From Candidatus Thalassarchaeaceae archaeon (lineage in GTDB: Archaea > Thermoplasmatota > Poseidoniia > Poseidoniales > Thalassarchaeaceae): DNA of 35,947 nt. Made by a program: the position numbers and the translations under genes. How positions within the stretch are numbered: position 1 is the first letter of the stretch; each line of letters starts with the position of its first letter. Positions 25,767 through 35,234 of the stretch are shown piece after piece. The stretch covers positions 1 through 35,947 of the forward strand of contig JASMAJ010000001.1 of assembly GCA_030754395.1 (NCBI GenBank), given 5' to 3'. The notes below the pieces were generated by a model, which searched no databases, was not told where the DNA came from, and saw only the letters and a list, made by a program, of their open reading frames with translations.

Positions 25767-26852
25767 TTAATTTTCGTATGAGTAGCCATAATATTCAGCA
25801 TTGATTAGTGTTGGTCTAGACTGCGGTTTAATCAAGATAGTTCGAACTGCCCATAGGTCTCTGAAAATACGATATTTTGTTGTCTCATCGAGGTAATCAA
25901 CGCCACTTGTTCCACCAGTGCCTGTACGACGACCCATAATTCGCTCGACCATACGTGCGTGAGAATGTCGCCATTTTACAATAGATTCCTCAAGTTCTAC
26001 AACTGCATCGATTAGTTTGCGTGGCCATGCTAAGAGAGGTAATTCTCGATATGATTCAATGAATAGAAGTCCAGCACGAGCCCGGTTTGGTATTCCATCC
26101 GGTTTTAGAAATTCTACAGCCGCCTCATGCGTAGCTGCAAAACGTGCGGCAACCTTCTCGGGGTCTCCTCCTCCACCGTATCCTATCATTCTCGATGCAG
26201 CATCTTCACAAATTGCTTGATGGGCATTTAGGTGAGCGTTCACATATCCTTCAACAGCCATTTCATCTCCTTTACTTCCATATGATGAGCCCATTATTGG
26301 TGTGCGCACTAACCATCTCATTAGTGCATCAAAGAGAGAAGGTTTAGTCTGTGCATCTTCGAGTTTAGCAAGTATGGATGCATCCCAATCTGACTTTGGC
26401 GCTAACTTTCGGAAAGTTTCGATGGGATCCATACCCCAAAGTCTGTCTTCATTTTTCAATCCAAGCAGAATTTCAAATTCACGTGCCTGAAATGATTCGA
26501 ATCCGGATGCGGTGCCTAATCCGTCGCGAAATGCGAGGAATCCTTGAGGTGTTAGTGTCTCAAGAACATTCCATTGACTCTCCATTAGACGAAAAATTTC
26601 CGATGTCCGTCCTAAATGATTTACCGCATGAGGTATATCTTCTTCAGGAACCATTTCTTTACACAGAATATCTCTCAGACTACTGAGTTCCTTGATGACT
26701 TGCTTAAACCAAAGCTCAAAGGTCTGATGGACGATAATGAAATGCATTTCATCATTTGAAACATCTCTTTCTTCTCCTTGTAGATTCAAAAGTGTCTGCA
26801 ATTGGAGATAATTTCCATATGTCCAATTTTGGTCTTGCGCGTTTTCACTCAT
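25767..26852 (-). CDS. kynA: Tryptophan 2,3-dioxygenase
   Basis: YGNYLQL, DEMHFIIVHQTFELWFKQ, FLAFRDGLGTASGFESFQ, WRHSH and GTGGTSGVDYL. Start ATG 26852 with a TTCAAG box at -28. Confidence 0.92.
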   Translation of the reverse strand: MSENAQDQNWTYGNYLQLQTLLNLQGEERDVSNDEMHFIIVHQTFELWFKQVIKELSSLRDILCKEMVPEEDIPHAVNHLGRTSEIFRLMESQWNVLETLTPQGFLAFRDGLGTASGFESFQAREFEILLGLKNEDRLWGMDPIETFRKLAPKSDWDASILAKLEDAQTKPSLFDALMRWLVRTPIMGSSYGSKGDEMAVEGYVNAHLNAHQAICEDAASRMIGYGGGGDPEKVAARFAATHEAAVEFLKPDGIPNRARAGLLFIESYRELPLLAWPRKLIDAVVELEESIVKWRHSHARMVERIMGRRTGTGGTSGVDYLDETTKYRIFRDLWAVRTILIKPQSRPTLINAEYYGYSYEN

Positions 26853-27061
26853 GCTCTGCGGATGCCGCTTGACGCTTGAATCATTACCTAGGCGGCCGTT
26901 CCGAATTCCCTCACAATTATTCGCTTTACTGCGTTCCATTTTCTGGCATTAAGACACAGAAATATGCATTTATTAGATTTTTTCGCTTGAAAAATATCTC
27001 ATAGCGGAGAAAATCAGTTTGTGATAAAACACTCTAAATCCTCTAATCATAGCAGATAATT

Positions 27062-27685
27062 ATGTCTGGGAGGTGCGGTGGACCAATGAAAACCGGACAG
27101 ACTCCGACTGCTGACGAAGTAATTCGTCCAATATCTAGAATACAGGTCGACTCTGACCTCGAGTTCTCTTTGTTGGGAATCAATGACGCTGAGGAACTGT
27201 TCTCAGTTGTTGAATCTAATAGAGCTTATCTCAGAGAGTGGTTACCATGGTTGGATCAAACCAACAGTGTTGAAGATGAGATTTCCTTCATTTCAATGAG
27301 TCTTGATGAGTATGAGAGGCGTGAGGGTGTAATCTATGCCATTCGTCTTGGTGGTCAAATAATCGGTACGATTGGTCTTAACTGGATAGACTGGGGTAAC
27401 AGAGGCTGCGGAGTTGGATATTGGTTGTCTGAAAGTCATACAGGACAAGGCATCGTCACTCGTTGCTGCACACGTCTTATGGAACACTGCTTCGATAATC
27501 TTGGGTTACACCGATTTGTGCTTGAGGCAGCTGTGGAGAATCATGAAAGTCGTGCTGTCGCAGATAGACTGGGGCTGCGTCTTGAGGGGATTACCAAAGA
27601 TAGAGAACGGTTGTATGATCACTATGTTGATGCAGCCCTATACGCGATTACTGCTCCCGAGTGGCACACTCAAAATCAAGATTGA
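27062..27685 (+). CDS. RimJ/RimL family GNAT N-acetyltransferase
   Basis: NRAYLREWLPW, VGYWLSESHTGQGIVT and ENHESRAVADRLGLRLEG. Alternative start at 27086. Confidence 0.9.
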   Translation: MSGRCGGPMKTGQTPTADEVIRPISRIQVDSDLEFSLLGINDAEELFSVVESNRAYLREWLPWLDQTNSVEDEISFISMSLDEYERREGVIYAIRLGGQIIGTIGLNWIDWGNRGCGVGYWLSESHTGQGIVTRCCTRLMEHCFDNLGLHRFVLEAAVENHESRAVADRLGLRLEGITKDRERLYDHYVDAALYAITAPEWHTQNQD

Positions 27686-29820
27686 ATTAATCCGTGATTC
27701 TCAATTGAGCAGTTACCAGGTGGTAAAGCGGCGAGGACATCATCTTGAGCCAGCCCGGTAGATTTGGCGATTCGATTAGCAATTGTTTCTTTCTTCTCCC
27801 GCCCTGGAGTAATCAGGGCCCATCTTTCACAGAGTTTTGACACACCCTCAGCAGTGCCTGATACCGGAATCGGAATTCCATTGATAATTGAGAATCCGAT
27901 GGCAATTTCCATTGAGACATCTCGGTACCACGTTCGTTTCCCTCTAACTACAAATGAACCTCGACCAAGAGATTCACCGCTCTCGGTTTGCTTTGAAACC
28001 TGACTAGGTCTAGCGTGGAAAGCGGTTGCTGCAGCCCCTCCGCTGCCCCATGCACGTGACCAACAGATAGCCAGTTGTGCTGCTTCTTCGATAATATTTG
28101 CAGGCAGATTCCGGGCATCATCAATGTCTCCAGCCAATTCTTGGGTTATTCGAAGACTTGTTACTCCCTCTGGTACAAATCCTATTGGATTTTCATCAGT
28201 AGTTAGTCCATCACGTAATCTCAAGGAGCATGATGGCGCTCCGTGTAAATCAGCATGGATGTATAAATCGGTAGATTTCAGATATTTGCGCACAATGGTA
28301 TCATTTCCTTTCGCATCTCTTCCACCTACGATTAGCCTACCATCACTAAGAATTCCCCATCGATGCTTCTCAAACCAGAATCTCTTGCTTCTCTTTGCAA
28401 TTCTAACTCTTCCAGCAGCAGCATCCTTTTTTCTACGAGCCTCTTCTTTTGTAGCAGCATTTTCTGTTCTTTCCAAAGCCGTACGTGCCCCTTTCGCTTT
28501 ATCTTTGAGCGTGCGAGCCTGTTCGAAGTACTGCTGTGCGTTTTGGTGAACTGATTTTTCAATGTGTAAAGTAACGCTAGCACCGGGTTCATTGTCTTCA
28601 TCAGGTAATCGTGCCAGAATGGTTCTTTTTGTAGGCTCAACACGATCAATCCAGACAATCTCGCTGGTTTTGGATTCTAGAGCCTGCCAGCTATCTGATT
28701 CGATGAACGAGTTAACCTGACTTAGGAGGTCATCGACATGTGTCCAATTGTCCTGAATGGATTTAGCTAGTTCTTGAGTCAGAATCGCTTGTGATTCAAA
28801 TCGCGTGATAGCAGATTTCTGTTGTTCTGCTCTTCGATTGAGTTTGGCCCGCTGTTCTTCTTCATCTTCACCAGCTGCGACTAATTTTTCTTCTTCACGT
28901 CTGATGTAAGCAATAGCATCATGAGCCCCAAATATTGCATCATATGCTCCTGAAAGACTTTCAATCTCAACCATTAGTTCAGTTTTCATGAACGGAAGTG
29001 CAATTGGAGAAAACTCTTCAATTTCAACACTTGCTGAATCACGAGCCATTGGGTTGTCTGCAGCTTCTTTCCAGGCATCTAGAGATTTTATGTCAGTAAA
29101 CCAGAGATAAGAACAGTCTCCATTTGCTAATTCGACGAGGAGTTTTTTCATTGAATTTCCCAAATCCTTACGCTGTTCTTCATCCAGACTGTTTGCAGGT
29201 TCGTCTAACTCGATTCCCGCTGAAGTCGCAATTGCATTTCCATAGATTCGTCCAAGATTAACTCTAGCCGCCAGAGTCCGAATCAAGCTATGATCTGAAG
29301 AATCAAGAAGTTCATCCAGTTCTGCTTGGTTCAAGTTTCTAGGGTCAACAGTAGCTGGCGGCGGAGTATAATTTTCTCCACTTTTCAGAGACCTGCTAGC
29401 ATATTTAGCATGAGTTAGTGGTTGAATTATGACATCCTTATCATCAAGAAGAAGAACATTACCATCACGGAATAATTCGATGATTAATTTCAATCGCCCT
29501 CTTCCATGCTCAAAGGTTAGGGATATTACCCTATCAAATCCTAATTGATTAACTTCAATCAGACGAGAATTAGAAAGATGTTTACGGAGTTTCATTGCAA
29601 AAGGTGAAGGATTTGTTGGCATTGGTCTATCTCGTTGAGATAGATAGATTCTTTTTCCACGAACAATAACCAAATCTGTAGACGGTTTCCCCTTCTGATT
29701 TAGTCGTAAAACAACCTGCTCGTAATGTGGTTGGTAGGCTTTTCTTGCACGTACCCCAATCATCCCTCGCAATTCGTCTACGATGCGTGCGACATCGAAG
29801 GAGGAGGACTGGGCTCGCAT
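27676..29820 (-). CDS. rqcH: Ribosome quality control protein aRqcH (NFACT/FbpA family)
   Basis: FAMKLRKHL, GFDRV, LIIELFRDGNVLL, SVHQNAQQYFEQAR, FWFEKHRW, GGRDAKGND, HADLHGAP, QVSKQTESGE and GSFVVRGKR. Confidence 0.92.
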   Translation of the reverse strand: MRAQSSSFDVARIVDELRGMIGVRARKAYQPHYEQVVLRLNQKGKPSTDLVIVRGKRIYLSQRDRPMPTNPSPFAMKLRKHLSNSRLIEVNQLGFDRVISLTFEHGRGRLKLIIELFRDGNVLLLDDKDVIIQPLTHAKYASRSLKSGENYTPPPATVDPRNLNQAELDELLDSSDHSLIRTLAARVNLGRIYGNAIATSAGIELDEPANSLDEEQRKDLGNSMKKLLVELANGDCSYLWFTDIKSLDAWKEAADNPMARDSASVEIEEFSPIALPFMKTELMVEIESLSGAYDAIFGAHDAIAYIRREEEKLVAAGEDEEEQRAKLNRRAEQQKSAITRFESQAILTQELAKSIQDNWTHVDDLLSQVNSFIESDSWQALESKTSEIVWIDRVEPTKRTILARLPDEDNEPGASVTLHIEKSVHQNAQQYFEQARTLKDKAKGARTALERTENAATKEEARRKKDAAAGRVRIAKRSKRFWFEKHRWGILSDGRLIVGGRDAKGNDTIVRKYLKSTDLYIHADLHGAPSCSLRLRDGLTTDENPIGFVPEGVTSLRITQELAGDIDDARNLPANIIEEAAQLAICWSRAWGSGGAAATAFHARPSQVSKQTESGESLGRGSFVVRGKRTWYRDVSMEIAIGFSIINGIPIPVSGTAEGVSKLCERWALITPGREKKETIANRIAKSTGLAQDDVLAALPPGNCSIENHGLIQS

Positions 29821-29895
29821 GTCTCTCGTATAGGAGGGCAAGCGTGCCCTTCATCAGACAATCGCTTGATAGGTGACGGCAGATGCCCGATGAAC

Positions 29896-30927
29896 ATGAC
29901 AGACATGGGGGGCTTACGAATGGATGATGCACCCCCATTCGTGCATAATCCAGAGACTATGGGTGAAGCCGATATTGGTCTGCGGTGCTTTTGGTATCGT
30001 CCAATGTTCGAAAGACAAACAAATGAATTGAATGTTAATCCAAATTGGGGAATTCATTGTAATGCAGATATGCTCGCTGAGCAGGCAGCCATGATTGCCA
30101 ACAAAATGAATGCTAATGGCATGGATGATGTTGAAATGCTGGCTTTAGATTTAGCATTTATTTTCGGATTTGACCATGAGTATTTCCATCATCGAGTTGA
30201 TTCAGGAGTTACAGCACATTTGTTGAGATGTCATTCTCAAGATGGTCAAATCCCGTCTTTCTTCGGTGATTACGATGAATTTCATGATTCAATATCTACT
30301 CGTCGTGAAAGTCCTGAATGGTGGCTACTGACCGAAGAAACTCTTGCTAATGCACATATTGCCATGGATCCAACTCGTCTTGGAGGACTAAGAGATGCTT
30401 TCATTGAGTATGATTTACTTCCTGAACCAGGAGATAGGAATCGAGGCCCATATGCGCTTTGGCGACATGTAGCTGCCGATCCTTGGATTTTCCAATGCCT
30501 TTCACATCATACGTGGTTGCAAATATTGACTGGTGAGTTAGACCCTCTAGGAGTGATGGCTTCTATTGATGCAATAACACACGAAGGAGGTCTAGATGCT
30601 GCATTTGATGCATTAGTAGATACAATTGTTGAGGCTTGTGAGAAGAATCCAGTAGATGAGGACTCAATTCCAGACCGCGTCTTTGCTAAAGATGGCTCAG
30701 AACACTTGTTTGCTATGGGTGGTTTTGGCGATGGAATGTTACGCAGACTAAAGGTCCCAATCCATTTTCATGGTGGCGAAGGAAAAAGGATGGATAAGAG
30801 GTATGGCTCAGAGAATCCAGATTGGCCATATGCAATTATCGAGAATCTCTATGACAGACTTGGTAGGTTTGATGATGGCCCTGTCGATTCTTGGGGCTCA
30901 GATGACCCATTCTCACCGTCGGCCTAG
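29896..30927 (+). CDS. Hypothetical protein with zincin-like HExxH...E motif
   Basis: Long acidic ORF with WYRP...NWGI...HEYFHH...EETLANA. Start chosen at ATG 29896 (TTGATA box at -30) because the ORF-track start overlaps rqcH. Confidence 0.7.
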   Translation: MTDMGGLRMDDAPPFVHNPETMGEADIGLRCFWYRPMFERQTNELNVNPNWGIHCNADMLAEQAAMIANKMNANGMDDVEMLALDLAFIFGFDHEYFHHRVDSGVTAHLLRCHSQDGQIPSFFGDYDEFHDSISTRRESPEWWLLTEETLANAHIAMDPTRLGGLRDAFIEYDLLPEPGDRNRGPYALWRHVAADPWIFQCLSHHTWLQILTGELDPLGVMASIDAITHEGGLDAAFDALVDTIVEACEKNPVDEDSIPDRVFAKDGSEHLFAMGGFGDGMLRRLKVPIHFHGGEGKRMDKRYGSENPDWPYAIIENLYDRLGRFDDGPVDSWGSDDPFSPSA

Positions 30928-30933
30928 TAATTC

Positions 30934-31791
30934 TCATCCTACGGATCTTTGAAAGTTTTCTATTAGAGGGATTGCGGCAGCCTCATGAGCAAATTGGTTG
31001 CTTTCAATTTCAATAAGGCTGCAATTAGGTATTTTCTTACTCAAGATGCCTGCATCATCGTGGTCATGCAATGTGTCAGAAGAGGCTCTTAAAACCCCCA
31101 CAGGCGTTGTGACATTAGCAAAATCTAGAGCCATTTTGTAACGTCTGAATACTAGTGAACAGAGGCGTAGTCGTTTGGTGTCCGCAGCCAATAATGTACG
31201 CCTATATCTAATTCTTTGACCTTCTTCTTTCAGCCTTTTATCAAGATACCAGATGATGAATTTGACAAGACCCGAGTAAAATATAGTTGGAGCCGGAATT
31301 AATGGTCTAGCCCAGATGGGTGGTTTGAATGCTAAATTTGGTGAAAGAACAACTAGACTATTCAATTCTAATTCTCCAGATTGAAGACATTCGATCATTA
31401 GAGTTGCTCCAAGGGAAGAACCCATCACGTCACATTCTTCTGCATTAACACCCAATTTCTTCAATACAAGTGGGATATCCGCTGCCATTCTTGGAATTTG
31501 GAATGTCTTTTTCGATATTTCTCCCTCAATCCTACAACTTCTCTTTTCCCTAGTTTCAATGTAGATTAAGGGTCTATGTTTCACCCATTCCGAAAGAATT
31601 GGAAACCAACCTTCGGGAATAGAGTTCCATCCTGGAATCATCACTAAATTTCTGGCCGATTGTGACTTTTCATTATCGGGCTTCCATTGTAATACTCGTA
31701 GATGAACTCCCGACTCAGTTTCTACGTGCAATTCGTTGCATGTTGCTCCCTCAAATTTTGGAGCCCCACTCCAATCTTTGATTGCAGACAT
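30934..31791 (-). CDS. Alpha/beta fold hydrolase
   Basis: VMIPGW oxyanion region, nucleophile elbow GSSLG, SSD acid and FAHE His. Alternative start TTG 31815. Confidence 0.8.
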   Translation of the reverse strand: MSAIKDWSGAPKFEGATCNELHVETESGVHLRVLQWKPDNEKSQSARNLVMIPGWNSIPEGWFPILSEWVKHRPLIYIETREKRSCRIEGEISKKTFQIPRMAADIPLVLKKLGVNAEECDVMGSSLGATLMIECLQSGELELNSLVVLSPNLAFKPPIWARPLIPAPTIFYSGLVKFIIWYLDKRLKEEGQRIRYRRTLLAADTKRLRLCSLVFRRYKMALDFANVTTPVGVLRASSDTLHDHDDAGILSKKIPNCSLIEIESNQFAHEAAAIPLIENFQRSVG

Positions 31792-31811
31792 GAGTATGCC
31801 AAAGAGTCGCC

Positions 31812-32480
31812 TCAATTAGAGCCGCGCTTCAAAGCGTCTAGTTTCTTCTGCGCTTCAATCATCGCAATCTCATGCTCGATTTCGTCAAGTTCATCTTCTT
31901 GTCTTGATTCACGTGCATTTGGTGCGAAGAGTTCTGGATTCTCTGTGTTTGTAGCCTCGAAGTAGTCTTTTGATTCTGCTCCCATTATCATTGCAACAAA
32001 GTTTGAGGGAATTTGACGAATGATTACATTCCAATTGCGAACTTTCGCATTGTATGCTTCTCTACGATCTGCTATCCTCTCATTCTGTTCGTCAATTTCT
32101 TCCTGAACATTAGCATAAAGTGGGCTTGCTGTCAAATCAGGGTGGTCTTCTGCTACCAAGGAAATCCTTGGAAGAATACTTGCCATCATTCCTTCAGCAG
32201 CATTAACCCCTGCGACATTTCCATTTTGTGATGCTGTTGCTGCTGCCATTCGTGCCTTAGCAAATTGCTCAAACAGGTCTTTTTCAACACCTTTGGCAAA
32301 GCCTTCAGCCGCGCGAGCCATGTTTCCTAAGGAATCATATCTTTCTTGTAGAACAACGTCAATATTTGACCATGCATTCTCAACTTCTTGCTCCATTACA
32401 ATTAGACGATTGTAGGTTGCGAAAAACCACAAACCAATCAGAACAACGGCAACTATGACACCTATCAGTATCGGTTCCAT
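31812..32480 (-). CDS. lemA: LemA family protein
   Basis: N-terminal TM helix, then YNRL...VENAWSNIDVVLQERYD, EDHPDL, IADRREAYNAKVRNWN and QIPSNFVA. Start ATG 32480 with a TTCAATA box at -29. Confidence 0.88.
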   Translation of the reverse strand: MEPILIGVIVAVVLIGLWFFATYNRLIVMEQEVENAWSNIDVVLQERYDSLGNMARAAEGFAKGVEKDLFEQFAKARMAAATASQNGNVAGVNAAEGMMASILPRISLVAEDHPDLTASPLYANVQEEIDEQNERIADRREAYNAKVRNWNVIIRQIPSNFVAMIMGAESKDYFEATNTENPELFAPNARESRQEDELDEIEHEIAMIEAQKKLDALKRGSN

Positions 32481-32532
32481 GAAATTGCGTATAACCGGTG
32501 GGTATTGAACCTTGACCCAGCATATATTTCTT

Positions 32533-34035
32533 TCAAATTGCACTCCAAAGGCCATTATCAGAAGAAACATCCCCTGATTTTTCTAGTGCTGTCAAATGTG
32601 AAATAGTCTGGTCTAAGGCTAGAGCAGGATGTGCATCGGGTGTATCTTCATAGGCCTCTTTAGCAATTGAATTCACATCGCTGAATCCACTTTTCACAGC
32701 ATCAAGAATCCTTGAGTGACGTACCGTTCTGTGTTTGATATATCTTGTCAGAAGTTTGTCAGGATTGGCTACCAAAGGTCCATGTGCGGGGAATAGCAAG
32801 GTGGGGGATAGTCTGCGAATTCTTTCAAGTCCAGTAAGATATTCATTCATGTCTCCATCTGAAGAAGGAACTAGTATGGTCCCAAACATCACCGCGTTGT
32901 CTCCACTGATAATTCCCGCATCACCTACCAAGCAGATATGTCCGGGACAGTGCCCTGGCGTTTCAATAACATTCCAGATAATTCCATCTAAATTTATTGT
33001 GTGACCTTCTACTAAAACCTTGTCTGAATCACAATTCGGAATGATATCTAGCGTTTCTTGACTAGCCCAAATTGGAGCCTGATAAAATTGAGAGATTGCT
33101 GAAAGGTCTCCTATGTGATCCGGATGTTTATGTGTGAACACAGTAGCAATAATTTCGCTTCCAGAATCATGAATTTCTGATACTTTTTTTCCTAGTATTT
33201 TGAGAGATTCAGATGATTTAGCGGCAGGATCTACTAGAATCCGAGGGCCTCCGGAGATGCCGAGAACGTAGCAATTAGTGTGTGTTGAGGGAGGTAGGGT
33301 AGTTGTTGGAAGTGGGACACACTCAACACCCGGTGCGAATTCGATTATGTGATATCCACTAGGTGGATTGATTGCCAGTGACTCGAATCCTAAATCTACA
33401 ATGTCTCTAATCAGAGTGACTTGAGGTGGAGCTAATTTGACTTTATTTGCCAACCAAGAATTTAGTAATTCAATTGGCTTCCACCATCTAAACTCATCAA
33501 ATTCGGAAAGACCAGTTGGGAATGTTGGCTCCACTTTCGAGGAGCCTAAATTGACATGATAGAAAATATTTGAAAATCTAATTGGAGCAAGAGGAGGTGT
33601 GGTGCGCTGTGACACAAAACTTGCTTCAAACTCTCTAACTGATAGTTCGCCAGAAGCAACAAGTTTAGACCATGCTGACTTATCTGAATTAACTAAATCT
33701 TGAAGATACTCTCCAACATGAAAAAATCCGCCATTCCCATCAGGAGCAATGCCTACTTCCTCAACCATCTCTCTTAGTAGTGCAATCATTGAAACTCGGT
33801 CTTTTCGTTCTGCTAACCAGCCTGGATTTTCCTCTGCTGCGGCTCTGTCCTTTAGACTAATTCCACCACCAGGGAATGCCCAGAAATCAGGAAATGCGGG
33901 TACCTCTGAAACTCGATGGCACAGTAGTATTTCGAGGCCCTCACCCTCTCCTCTACTGAGAACTGCAGCAGCCGATGGCCTCGGCTCAGCAATACTTCCT
34001 GTAGGGAGAATAACCCCCTCGGGCAACTCAGTCAC
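32533..34035 (-). CDS. NUDIX hydrolase / metallo-beta-lactamase (LACTB2-like) fusion protein
   Basis: N-terminal PRPSAA...AFPGG...LREMVEEVGI (NUDT19-like). C-terminal TLPPSTHTNCY, THKHPDHIG, TPGHCPGH, GD and PAHGP, ending in a winged-helix-like tail. Confidence 0.85.
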   Translation of the reverse strand: MTELPEGVILPTGSIAEPRPSAAAVLSRGEGEGLEILLCHRVSEVPAFPDFWAFPGGGISLKDRAAAEENPGWLAERKDRVSMIALLREMVEEVGIAPDGNGGFFHVGEYLQDLVNSDKSAWSKLVASGELSVREFEASFVSQRTTPPLAPIRFSNIFYHVNLGSSKVEPTFPTGLSEFDEFRWWKPIELLNSWLANKVKLAPPQVTLIRDIVDLGFESLAINPPSGYHIIEFAPGVECVPLPTTTLPPSTHTNCYVLGISGGPRILVDPAAKSSESLKILGKKVSEIHDSGSEIIATVFTHKHPDHIGDLSAISQFYQAPIWASQETLDIIPNCDSDKVLVEGHTINLDGIIWNVIETPGHCPGHICLVGDAGIISGDNAVMFGTILVPSSDGDMNEYLTGLERIRRLSPTLLFPAHGPLVANPDKLLTRYIKHRTVRHSRILDAVKSGFSDVNSIAKEAYEDTPDAHPALALDQTISHLTALEKSGDVSSDNGLWSAI

Positions 34036-34110
34036 AAACTTACGAGGGGGTTGTTGGCTTCAATACAGCCCTCACGTCAAACTCAAGACCCTCCTATCCA
34101 AGCGCTATTC

Positions 34111-34962
34111 ATGTTTGAGACCGTTACTCTTGGTCACGCCAATGTTGTGACAGGGCAGATGGAGCATAAAATCGAGATGCCAAGATTTGGTTTAGGGGTA
34201 TGGCAGATGTCAGAAGGTGGAGAGTGTAGGAACGCTGTACTGCATGCTATTCAATCAGGCTATCGCTTGATAGATACGGCCCGCGCATATTCAAATGAAA
34301 CTGAGACCGGTGAGGCGATTAGAGAAAGTGGAATTCCACGAGATGAAATCTTCGTGGTTACTAAATTACGTCGAACACATGCAGTAAGTTATGAGTCTGC
34401 GTTGGAACATTGTCGTAGCAGCCTCGAAATGCTTGGTCTAGACAATCTTGATTTGTATCTTGTACACGCCCCTCCAGAAGACATCGAAGCAAGAGCCAGT
34501 GTTTGGAAAGGTATGGAAGAGTGTCTAGCACGAGGCTGGACTCGAGCAATAGGTGTGAGTAACTATGGTGCACATCACCTCGATGATATGCGAGCCTACG
34601 CTACCATCCTACCATCTGTAAATCAGGTCGAATTACATCCATGGAATCAACGCCCTGCCCTTCGCGCGGCTACTGAAGGAATTGGAGCAAAAGTCATGGC
34701 TTATTCACCGCTGGCGCGTGGTCATAAATTGGATTGTGGTAGTCTCTCCCAAATATCAGATTCCGTTGACTGCACTCCTGCTCAAGCCGCAATTAAATGG
34801 GTATACGATACTGGATCGATTACTATTCCTAAATCGAGTAATCCGGTTCGAATCGATGAGAATTTGGCTAGCCTTTCAATTGATCTTAGTGGAACTGAGA
34901 AGTCCTTTGCAAGAATGGACGAGGTCTATGTTTCTGGATGGAATCCAACTGCAGAACCTTGA
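34111..34962 (+). CDS. Aldo/keto reductase
   Basis: MPRFGLGVWQ, GYRLIDTARAY, FVVTKL, DLYLVHAP, AIGVSNY, NQVELHP, AYSPL and IPKSSNPVRIDEN. The start is uncertain (34111 or 34159). Confidence 0.92.
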   Translation: MFETVTLGHANVVTGQMEHKIEMPRFGLGVWQMSEGGECRNAVLHAIQSGYRLIDTARAYSNETETGEAIRESGIPRDEIFVVTKLRRTHAVSYESALEHCRSSLEMLGLDNLDLYLVHAPPEDIEARASVWKGMEECLARGWTRAIGVSNYGAHHLDDMRAYATILPSVNQVELHPWNQRPALRAATEGIGAKVMAYSPLARGHKLDCGSLSQISDSVDCTPAQAAIKWVYDTGSITIPKSSNPVRIDENLASLSIDLSGTEKSFARMDEVYVSGWNPTAEP

Positions 34963-34971
34963 GGTTAGAAT

Positions 34972-35154
34972 ATGAGAGACCCTGAGACTATTGAAGAGGA
35001 ATTAGCTCTATTTGCCGAGGCTATTGAGGCGGGAATAGATCCGTTTCCTGAACCTAAGAAACCGACACCTTGGGCGAAATATGCAACGGCTTGGTTCATG
35101 ATTATCCTGATGATTTCCTTCGCATCAAAAATTCTCAGCCGCGCTCTACCATGA
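34972..35154 (+). CDS. Small hypothetical membrane protein (60 aa)
   Basis: GAGGT SD-like motif upstream, acidic N-terminus and one C-terminal TM helix; starts 9 nt after the AKR stop. Confidence 0.7.
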   Translation: MRDPETIEEELALFAEAIEAGIDPFPEPKKPTPWAKYATAWFMIILMISFASKILSRALP

Positions 35155-35158
35155 TTAT

Positions 35159-35234
35159 TGGTAGTCCCTCCCGGATTTGAACCAGGGTCATGGCATCCAG
35201 AGTGCCATATGATGGACCGCTACACTAAGGGACT
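35159..35234 (-). tRNA. tRNA-Gln(CTG), CCA encoded
   Basis: Minus strand AGTCCCT...AGGGACT-ACCA with A1:U72 (archaeal tRNA-Gln identity). Anticodon arm TGGCA-CTCTGGA-TGCCA and T-loop TTCAAAT. Confidence 0.96.

Noticed and set aside
26976..27015. Imperfect inverted repeat GATTTTTTCGCT...AGCGGAGAAAATC between kynA and the GNAT gene
   Set aside because: It is AT-rich, bulged and of low complexity, so it is not distinguishable from chance without homologues.
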